This document shows, piece after piece, positions 17,656-24,902 of a DNA stretch of 25,966 bases. The notes beneath the pieces were generated by a model. It made no database searches, had not been told where the DNA came from, and saw only the letters and a list, made by a program, of their open reading frames with translations. Source of the stretch: Candidatus Heimdallarchaeota archaeon (GTDB lineage: Archaea > Asgardarchaeota > Heimdallarchaeia > Hodarchaeales > Hodarchaeaceae); contig CP070695.1 in the NCBI GenBank assembly GCA_020353515.1, positions 4,503,348-4,529,313 on the forward strand, given 5' to 3'. A program made the position numbers and the translations under genes. How positions within the stretch are numbered: position 1 is the first letter of the stretch; each line of letters starts with the position of its first letter.

Positions 17656-19566
17656 TTGGATATTAAAAATAAGAATCCCATAGGGCTTCGCACTCGCTAT
17701 CTAATGGCAATCGACCTTGTGTGTATAGTCATATCGATTGTATTGAGTTTTATAATACGTATTGAAGCACTTTACGATATCTGGCCCTACTTGAAGAAAT
17801 ATTGGACTCTCTTCATCCTAGCCCCACTCGTCCGTATCCCTGTTTATTATCTCTTTCATCTTTACAAACGGATTTGGCGGTATGCAAGCACTTCAGAATT
17901 AGCTTCCATCGCATTAAGTGGAGTAATCGGGTCCGCAATAATAGCTATCATAAATTTTGTATTGTTACCTATCTTAAATATTCCTCATTGTATATCAGGC
18001 TCGGTGGTCACATTAGAAGGAATCTTAAGCACGATTTTTCTAGGATGCTCTCGATTTCTTTTAAGATTGTTACAGGAAAGGATTCCACCAGATGAAGTGC
18101 CGGACTCATTATTTCTCACACAGAATCGGCGTAGAATTCTAATTATTGGCGCTGGAAATGCTGGTGCTATGATCTCACGTATGATGAAATCATACCCATC
18201 GGTTCAAGAATCTCGTATCATTGGATTCATAGACGATGATCCAAGCAAACTATCGATGCATATCCATGGTGTTCCTGTTTTGGGGACTCGCGACGCAATT
18301 CCTGCGCTTGTGAAGAAACATCATATAAATGAAGCTATAATAGCCATGCCCTCAGCAGATCCAGATTCCATTGATGATATCTATCATATCTGTTCGACGA
18401 TAAGTCTTCCTGTGCGCACACTACCCAGTATCTACGATCTTCTCGCTGGCTCTATGACCTTTGATCAACTTAGGCAACTTCGCACTATCGATGATATGGG
18501 ATATCAAATCTCAAAGCCTCATGAAAAAAGGCCAATAAAACTCACTTCTTTGATGATCACAGGAGGAGCAGGATTTATCGGATCAAACTTCGTCCACTTC
18601 ATGCTCCGAGAGCACCCCGATTACAGAATTGTTGTCTTTGATAAATTGACCTATGCTGGCAACCTCGATAATCTTCAGGGTTTGAAGGGAAAATACGGCG
18701 ATCGCTATGTTTTTGTTAAAGGTGATATTTGTGAATATTCGAAGGTCGCGGATGTAATTCAGCACTATAAAATCGATAGTATTGTTAACTTTGCTGCTGA
18801 ATCACACGTTGATCGCTCTTTAATGAATCCAGAAAGTTTTTTAAATACTAATATATATGGAACTTATTCATTACTGAGAGCAGCAAGACATTTCCGCGTT
18901 AAACGTTTTCATCAGGTATCGACTGATGAAGTTTACGGCCAAGTCACTCGAGGATCTTTCAGTGAAGAAGACCCTCTAGAGACAAGAAGCCCGTATTCGG
19001 CTACAAAGGCCGGTGCAGACCTCCTGGTTCATGCATACCGTACAAGTTTTGGGATACCTGTAACCATCACACGAGGAAGCAACAATATTGGTCCATATCA
19101 GTATCCTGAAAAAGTGGTTCCGTTATTTATTTTGAATGCATTAGAGGATCAAATCCTTCCGGTCTATGGAGATGGGCTTTATGTCCGTGACTATCAGTAT
19201 GTCATCGACCATTGTCGCGGCATTGATCTTGTGCTTCATACGGGGGAAAGCGGCGAAATATATAATTTAGGCGCAGGCAATGAAGTCGCAGCTATCGATC
19301 TTGCTAAAATGATATTGCACTATCTGAAAAAACCTGAATCCCTAATTCAATTAGTTGCTGATCGACCCGGTCAGGATCGTCGATACAGTTTAAATTGCAT
19401 GAAGATCAAGACGTTAGGATGGACACCAAAATGGACATTTGAAAAAGGGTTGGAAGATACAATCAACTGGTACTTGAATAACGAATGGTGGTGGCGCAAG
19501 TTAAAAAACGCAGAGTATTGGAAATTTTATGATACTCAATATAAAGAAAGATTGAGTAAGAAATAG
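17656..19566 (+). CDS. rfbB: Fusion protein: CapD/PglF-like N-terminal membrane and Rossmann (CoA_binding_3) region joined to a dTDP-glucose 4,6-dehydratase (RmlB) domain
   Basis: aa 1-~280: about four hydrophobic helices, LYKRIWRYAS, IIGAGNAG, GFIDDDPSK..IHGVPVLG, IIAMPSA. aa ~296-636: ITGGAGFIGSNF, DKLTYAGN, FAAESHVDRS, STDEVYG, PYSATKA, NNIGPYQYPEK, RPGQDRRY. TTG start after AAGGAG. Confidence 0.9.
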   Translation: MDIKNKNPIGLRTRYLMAIDLVCIVISIVLSFIIRIEALYDIWPYLKKYWTLFILAPLVRIPVYYLFHLYKRIWRYASTSELASIALSGVIGSAIIAIINFVLLPILNIPHCISGSVVTLEGILSTIFLGCSRFLLRLLQERIPPDEVPDSLFLTQNRRRILIIGAGNAGAMISRMMKSYPSVQESRIIGFIDDDPSKLSMHIHGVPVLGTRDAIPALVKKHHINEAIIAMPSADPDSIDDIYHICSTISLPVRTLPSIYDLLAGSMTFDQLRQLRTIDDMGYQISKPHEKRPIKLTSLMITGGAGFIGSNFVHFMLREHPDYRIVVFDKLTYAGNLDNLQGLKGKYGDRYVFVKGDICEYSKVADVIQHYKIDSIVNFAAESHVDRSLMNPESFLNTNIYGTYSLLRAARHFRVKRFHQVSTDEVYGQVTRGSFSEEDPLETRSPYSATKAGADLLVHAYRTSFGIPVTITRGSNNIGPYQYPEKVVPLFILNALEDQILPVYGDGLYVRDYQYVIDHCRGIDLVLHTGESGEIYNLGAGNEVAAIDLAKMILHYLKKPESLIQLVADRPGQDRRYSLNCMKIKTLGWTPKWTFEKGLEDTINWYLNNEWWWRKLKNAEYWKFYDTQYKERLSKK

Positions 19567-19748
19567 ACTGGTGAAAATCCTATCTGCCTGCAGTTCCATT
19601 CTTCACTTTTTTTAAAATCCAACCAATCTAGTTCCCCCCTTTCTTCCAAAAAGTAAAACATTCTCCATCCTATCAAAAAGATTCAAATTTTCTCAGGAAA
19701 AAAATAGGGTATTTGCATTTGATTTGAATGAAAGATCAGGAGCTTAAT

Positions 19749-20609
19749 ATGAATTGGCAACCCGTTATAATAATTGGCGCTCCGCGTTCAGGAACAAATA
19801 TATTGCGGGATTCGATCTCGGAATTTCCAGGAGTATCCACTTGGCCCTGTGACGAAATTAACTTTATATGGAAACATGGAAACATATCCTTTCCTCATGA
19901 TGAGTTGTCTCTAGAATTACTAACCTCTTCAATTCAACTTTTTATTCGAAAGCAATTCGAAAAAATTCATAATAAAACTGGTTGTAAAATTGTATTGGAA
20001 AAAACCTGTGCAAATACCCTACGCTTGGACTATGTTGATAAGATATTTCCAGATGCAAAGTACATCCATATCCTGAGGGATGGGCGTGATGCTGTTGAGT
20101 CAATTATCAGATGTTGGAAAAATCCTGTCAATCCTCCTAAATATTATTTGGATAAATTCTTAATTGTTCCTCCGCCGGATCGACTTAAAGTCTTATGGGT
20201 GATCTTGCGTAAAAGATTTTATTTCAAAAAAGTCCACTCCTGGAGGAGCTGGGGGCCTGAATTTTGCAATCTAAGAAACTTGCTGAATGAAAAAAGACCT
20301 TTATATGAAATTTGTGCATTTCAGTGGCTGGCGTGCGTCTCAAAAACCCTAGAATTTTTCGAAAAAATTGATCCATCAAGATATTTTATATTGAAATATG
20401 AAAATTTTGTGAAGAATCCAAAACCATATTTTTTTGAAATAGGAAAATTTCTTAATATCTCAGTGAAAGAAAATCAAGCGGAAAAAATAATTGAATCTAT
20501 TTCCCAAAAAAATATTAGCAAGTGGAAGCTCAGTCAGTACAGGCAAAAAGTCGAAAATATAATCCCTCTCATATCAAATATGTTGCACAGGCTAAATTAT
20601 GACATATAA
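19749..20609 (+). CDS. PAPS-dependent sulfotransferase (Sulfotransfer_3-like)
   Basis: 5'-PSB loop IIGAPRSGTN, LEKT and 3'-PB motif RDGRDAVES, plus YENFV. The start is probably ATG 19749 (AGGAG at 19738-19742) rather than 19728. Confidence 0.88.
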   Translation: MNWQPVIIIGAPRSGTNILRDSISEFPGVSTWPCDEINFIWKHGNISFPHDELSLELLTSSIQLFIRKQFEKIHNKTGCKIVLEKTCANTLRLDYVDKIFPDAKYIHILRDGRDAVESIIRCWKNPVNPPKYYLDKFLIVPPPDRLKVLWVILRKRFYFKKVHSWRSWGPEFCNLRNLLNEKRPLYEICAFQWLACVSKTLEFFEKIDPSRYFILKYENFVKNPKPYFFEIGKFLNISVKENQAEKIIESISQKNISKWKLSQYRQKVENIIPLISNMLHRLNYDI

Positions 20610-20617
20610 TAAAATAT

Positions 20618-20844
20618 AGTTCATCTCAATCAAGTATGGGTATTCAAAGGACTATTTCCCCGTGGCAAGATAAACATGGGGCCAGCGATATTGGACTCGC
20701 TTGAATCCTTGGGTCCTCTTCATGGCTGTCTTAATCCCCAGATTCAGAACTTAAGACAACTCTGTCCGTTATCCTGTCATCCAGGTAATTGACGATTCTC
20801 TGCGAGTTCCTCTCGATAATCAATTTAAACAGACTCAATCCACA
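20618..20844 (-). mobile_element. Degraded 3' end of an ISL3-family transposase with a decayed right end
   Basis: The minus strand translates CGLSLFKLIIERNSQRIVNYLDDRITDRVV, then after a frameshift LNLGIKTAMKRTQGFKRVQYRWPHVYLATGK*. This parallels the ISL3 C-terminal pattern I.NY...RITN..EG.N..IK..KR.A.GF......IYL..GKL. It is followed by TACCCATACTTGA..GATGAAC, reminiscent of ISL3 right ends. Confidence 0.7.
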
Positions 20845-20950
20845 CTAAATGGAAGATAACCTGAAATACTAATATTATTGTATGTCTCTAAGTATCCTTG
20901 AGAAATTCCTTTGACATCTTCAGACATCAGTAAATAAGGATCTCAATGAT

Positions 20951-22210
20951 ATGAATGCAAATAATTACAAGTACGATATAATCCTAATTGTTTTATTAAT
21001 AATACTATCTCCGCTCTTTCTCTTTCCATTTAATGACTTTGTTTGGTTGGTTTTAATCATTCCGATCATTTGGTCTATACGCGCAATGAAATGCAATCAT
21101 ATTCATACGAACACAATTTTGGATTGGTCATTCTTAATTTTATGTATACAAGTCTTTATCTCTATAATTAATAATTTTAGCACCATATATTCAAGCCTCG
21201 CCAAGGCATATGGCGTATTGTTCGGCTTGATAACGTTTTATGCAGTTGTAAATCTAGCAAAAAGCGAAAAATTGCTTTCCCTATCAATATCAATTTTCAT
21301 TTTCTTGGGATCATTGTTTTCCATTTTGACTTTTCTTGGAACACATCTCATTCTAGAGAGATTTCTTCATGAGGGATTTCAACAATATAAATTTATTTAT
21401 CGTTTTCTTAGAGAAGCGACTCCAATTCTCGATTTTAAAATCAAAGGCGCTGAGATGGGATTTCATCCGAATGCTGTAGCTGGTACTCTGCTTTTTTTCT
21501 ATCCCCTTTTTTTATTTATGGTTGAATTTCATAAGGCCAAAAAACTCTTCATTCTAAAGAACAAAATATTTTTTTATGTGTTTTTCTGGTGCACTAATTT
21601 ATTGATATTTATTATTCTAATTTCCTCAACATCTCTTCTGGCATTATTTGGATTAATAATAAGTTTGATAATCATCATCTTAATTCAAAATAGGAAAAAG
21701 ACCATAAAATATGTATTGGTGGTTTCCATAATAATAGCTTTGTCCATTCTCATTCTTAACCCGAGTCCGTCACTAAAAAATGATTTTGAGAGAAAATGGC
21801 AAAAACGTTCCCCTTTACTATTGAAGGGAATCGAAATCATTAGAGAAAAGCCCTTTACTGGAGTGGGAATAAATCGTTTTAGATACTCTTCAGGCGTAGA
21901 ATATTATTCGGCCCATGCTCATAATCATCTTATTCATATAGCCGCAGAGCTTGGAATTCAAGCCCTTATTGCCTATTTGGCCATTATGATTGGTACGGGA
22001 TATATGTGTTTAAAGGTTTATTGGAATTCTGATATTGAGTGGATGCGCACAGCCATTTTAGGCTTAGGCGGAGGCCAACTCGCTCATTTCTTCTTTGGTT
22101 TAGGGGATTCCATCCCTCTTGGTGCAAAACCTGGGATAATATTCTGGATTTCCCTTGCGTTGATCACGGCGATATATAATTATCATGTCCAAATTGGCAG
22201 CTCCAGATAA
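20951..22210 (+). CDS. O-antigen ligase / Wzy_C-family membrane protein (second copy, different subtype)
   Basis: Multi-TM protein with GFHPNAVAG, R..L...G..IIREKPFTGVGINRF, HAHNHLIHIAAELGI and AHFFFGLGDSIPLGAKPG. Confidence 0.87.
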   Translation: MNANNYKYDIILIVLLIILSPLFLFPFNDFVWLVLIIPIIWSIRAMKCNHIHTNTILDWSFLILCIQVFISIINNFSTIYSSLAKAYGVLFGLITFYAVVNLAKSEKLLSLSISIFIFLGSLFSILTFLGTHLILERFLHEGFQQYKFIYRFLREATPILDFKIKGAEMGFHPNAVAGTLLFFYPLFLFMVEFHKAKKLFILKNKIFFYVFFWCTNLLIFIILISSTSLLALFGLIISLIIIILIQNRKKTIKYVLVVSIIIALSILILNPSPSLKNDFERKWQKRSPLLLKGIEIIREKPFTGVGINRFRYSSGVEYYSAHAHNHLIHIAAELGIQALIAYLAIMIGTGYMCLKVYWNSDIEWMRTAILGLGGGQLAHFFFGLGDSIPLGAKPGIIFWISLALITAIYNYHVQIGSSR

Positions 22211-22476
22211 TTCTCGCATGGAATAAATTGTGATAATTTCTGCTTTTCAAGCTTTATCTGTCTCTTTATTTTCTCTTACTGCTTCTTTTCTATATCTTTA
22301 CACTGTTTTTAGTTGCACTTCTCAGCGGGCCAAAACAAAACATTCCTCTGAAGCAGAGAATTCTAATGGGCTAAGCCTGGGTTATTATGCATATATGCTG
22401 GGGAATTGGTTTCCTGAGTTATCTTATTTTCAAAAAGAAATCAGCTTGAATTTGAGATTGAATCTGAAATAAATTC

Positions 22477-22818
22477 ATGAATGAATTTGTTGAAATTCCT
22501 TGGTTAAAGGTCTTTTCTAATTTTATCTGGATTTTGGGAGCATCTATAACTTTGGCTGCTTTAAGTTACCATGAATTTCTTGCATATATGAGAAAAGAAA
22601 AAAGGATTAATGTCTTTAAAAAAAAATCCTTCAAGAGACCCTTTCTTCTGGGTTTGGTTTTAATTGCAGCAGGCATTAGTGCATCCGTGAATAAACCATT
22701 TCAAGCTGCTATCACAGGGAGTGTATCACTTTTTTTAGTTATATGGTTCCTAAAATTATCGAAAATCAAGCTGCCTAAATTGAGGAAATCAAAAATTGAA
22801 AATAAACTTAACTCATAA
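22477..22818 (+). CDS. Small hypothetical membrane protein (about 3 TM)
   Basis: 113 aa with hydrophobic segments (FSNFIWILGASITLAALSY; FLLGLVLIAAGISA; AAITGSVSLFLVIWF) and basic loops. Co-oriented with the cluster. Confidence 0.65.
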   Translation: MNEFVEIPWLKVFSNFIWILGASITLAALSYHEFLAYMRKEKRINVFKKKSFKRPFLLGLVLIAAGISASVNKPFQAAITGSVSLFLVIWFLKLSKIKLPKLRKSKIENKLNS

Positions 22819-22860
22819 ATATCTCAAAATTAGCAAAAATGTTTTCAGATGCTATAAGTA

Positions 22861-22898
22861 AATTTCGCCTTGACAGCGAAATTGAAAAATGGTTAATT
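22861..22898 (+). promoter_or_regulatory. Putative tdh promoter with its -35 box inside an 8-bp inverted repeat
   Basis: AATTTCGC-cTTGACA-GCGAAATT (22861-22883). TTGACA is at 22870-22875, with a weak TG-g-TTAATT -10 region at 17-bp spacing. Confidence 0.5.
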
Positions 22899-23063
22899 AT
22901 GGCATTGAAAAACAGCCACGAGGAAGAGAAGGAAAAAGTAATTATCACGTGGAAACCTGCTTTTGGAGTTCTATTCAATGCCCCGAAGGAACGGGTTTCT
23001 GCTTATAAGTAAAAACTCTTCAATTCATACTGAAAATAACTTATAGAGCCTGGAGGTAAGAAA

Positions 23064-24062
23064 ATGGCAAAAGAAATGAAAAAAATTATGATCACTGGTT
23101 CTGTCGGTCAAATTGGCTCTGAATTGACAATGGCCTTGAGAGAGAAATACGGTAATGACAATGTCCTCGCCACAGGTCATAGAACACAACCCAGCCCAGA
23201 ACTTCGAGATTCGGGACCATTCGAATTCATCAATGTCTCTAAAAGAGAAACCATCGAAGAAGTCGTGAAGAAATACAACATCGACACCATCTATCATCTG
23301 TCTGCAATCCTTTCCGGAGTAGGAGAGAAAAATCCGAAGCTGTGCTGGGATGTCAACATGAATGGAACTTATAATATTCTAGAAGCAGCCATTGATAACG
23401 ACATGACCAGAATTTTTATCCCCAGTTCGATTGCGGCCTTCGGTCCTGAGACTCCCCTCGATAATACTCCTCAGGAAACAATCCTAAGACCAAAAACAAT
23501 GTACGGAGTCACCAAGGTTGCTGGAGAACTCCTCTGTGATTATTACGTCAAGCGTTTCGGTCTTGACGTCAGAGGGTGCCGCTACCCGGGTATTATCAGT
23601 TACGAAACCTTGCCAGGTGGAGGAACTACAGACTATGCTGTGGCCATCTATTTCGAAGCGGTAAAATACAAAAATTATACTTGTTTTGTTCGAGAGGACA
23701 CACGGCTCCCTATGATGTACATGCCCGATTGCCTCAAAGCTGCCCTGGACTTAATGGAAGCTGATTCCTCTCGCCTGAAGCACTATTCAGATTTTAATGT
23801 CACAGCCATGAGCTTTTCTGCAGGAGAGTTAGCCGCGGAAATCAGAAAACACATCCCTGAATTTGTCTGTGAGTACGAGCCTGACTTTAGGCAGGAAATC
23901 GCTGACTCGTGGCCCAACTCCCTTGACGACTCTGCTGCCCGTGAAGAGTGGGGATGGGAACCGAGCTATGATCTGGCAGCCATGACAAAAGATATGCTCG
24001 AGGTGCTCTCCAAGCGCCACCAAGAAGGAAAGCTAGATTACGAGCGAACCAAGTCACTCTGA
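23064..24062 (+). CDS. tdh: L-threonine 3-dehydrogenase, SDR (NAD-dependent epimerase/dehydratase-like) type
   Basis: ITGSVGQIGSEL, YHLSAILS..GE, PSSIAAFG, MYGVTK, PGGGTTDYAV, PMMYMPD and RQEIADSWP are hallmark motifs of SDR-type TDH. RBS GGAGG upstream. Confidence 0.88.
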   Translation: MAKEMKKIMITGSVGQIGSELTMALREKYGNDNVLATGHRTQPSPELRDSGPFEFINVSKRETIEEVVKKYNIDTIYHLSAILSGVGEKNPKLCWDVNMNGTYNILEAAIDNDMTRIFIPSSIAAFGPETPLDNTPQETILRPKTMYGVTKVAGELLCDYYVKRFGLDVRGCRYPGIISYETLPGGGTTDYAVAIYFEAVKYKNYTCFVREDTRLPMMYMPDCLKAALDLMEADSSRLKHYSDFNVTAMSFSAGELAAEIRKHIPEFVCEYEPDFRQEIADSWPNSLDDSAAREEWGWEPSYDLAAMTKDMLEVLSKRHQEGKLDYERTKSL

Positions 24063-24902
24063 CTTCTCTTTCAAAAAATTCGGCAAAGAAAAAGCAGAGC
24101 GGTGGGTTTCCAGATTAAAATAATTGAGACCTAAAGGAGGGTCTCTCTTTATACTAAGGGGATGAGCATTATCTGAAAGATAAACAAAGCACCAGCTCCC
24201 ACCTGGATAGGTAGGAACAGGAATCACATAGAAACTAACAATCTTATAAAGCTCTTTAAGAGAGGCGCTTTTCTCCCTGATCAGTTCCGAGTTGTAAAGA
24301 GGAGATCCCACCTGGGCAACTACAATTCCCTCATTGTTAAGACAGTTTTTTAGCTTTTCATAAAATCTCTTCTGGTGAAGAGAAGCTGAAGGTCCCACAG
24401 GATCAGAGGAATCAATCAAGATAATATCAAACTTTCGATCTATCTTTTCAATGAATTTTTTTCCGTCAGCTATGACAAGCTCTGTTCTTTGATCTTTGAG
24501 GCAAGGCGAAAGCCAGGGAAAATATTTTTTGGAAACCTCGATAACATGGGGATCAATCTCCACAAGACAGACATTTTTTATATGGTATTTTAAAGTTTCT
24601 TTGAGCACACCCCCATCTCCCCCTCCGATAATGAGAAGATCCAGAGGATCAGGATGAGTAATCAGAGAAGGATGAACGAGCATCTCATGATAGAAAAACT
24701 CGTCTCTTTCTGTCGTCTGAACCAAATCATCCAGGAGTAAAACATTCCCAAAATACTCGTTCTCGAATACTTCTATCTTTTGATAGGGAGAATTTTGCTT
24801 ATAAAGAAGATTCTTTACCTTAAAAAAAATGCCAGTCGATTGAGTATGGTATTCTCTTTTTTCTGACAGATCTTCTTTTCTAATGCTTTTATTCCTAGTC
24901 AT
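24054..24902 (-). CDS. speE: Polyamine aminopropyltransferase, classical spermidine synthase type
   Basis: SPYQKI, QTTERDEFFYHEMLVH, IIGGGDGG, VEID, DSSDPVGP and VPTYPGG.W motifs. Confidence 0.92.
   Translation of the reverse strand: MTRNKSIRKEDLSEKREYHTQSTGIFFKVKNLLYKQNSPYQKIEVFENEYFGNVLLLDDLVQTTERDEFFYHEMLVHPSLITHPDPLDLLIIGGGDGGVLKETLKYHIKNVCLVEIDPHVIEVSKKYFPWLSPCLKDQRTELVIADGKKFIEKIDRKFDIILIDSSDPVGPSASLHQKRFYEKLKNCLNNEGIVVAQVGSPLYNSELIREKSASLKELYKIVSFYVIPVPTYPGGSWCFVYLSDNAHPLSIKRDPPLGLNYFNLETHRSAFSLPNFLKEKSE

Noticed and set aside
18490-18560. Possibility that the fusion is two genes with a separate rmlB start
   Set aside because: There is no stop between the domains and no RBS-ATG pair positioned ahead of the first Rossmann strand. 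The nearby ATGAAAAAAGG is out of frame and closes after five codons.
20911-20940. TTGACA upstream of the second ligase-like gene
   Set aside because: No acceptable -10 hexamer at 16-18 bp spacing.
22230-22472. 80-aa ORF between the ligase and the small membrane protein
   Set aside because: GTG start without a clear RBS, low-complexity T-rich sequence and no motif; probably spurious.
22915-23025. Glycine riboswitch or T-box upstream of tdh (GAAGAGA, CCGAAGGA and AAACTCTTC fragments)
   Set aside because: The essential CUCUCAGG of the glycine aptamer is absent, and no T-box antiterminator/terminator arrangement is present.
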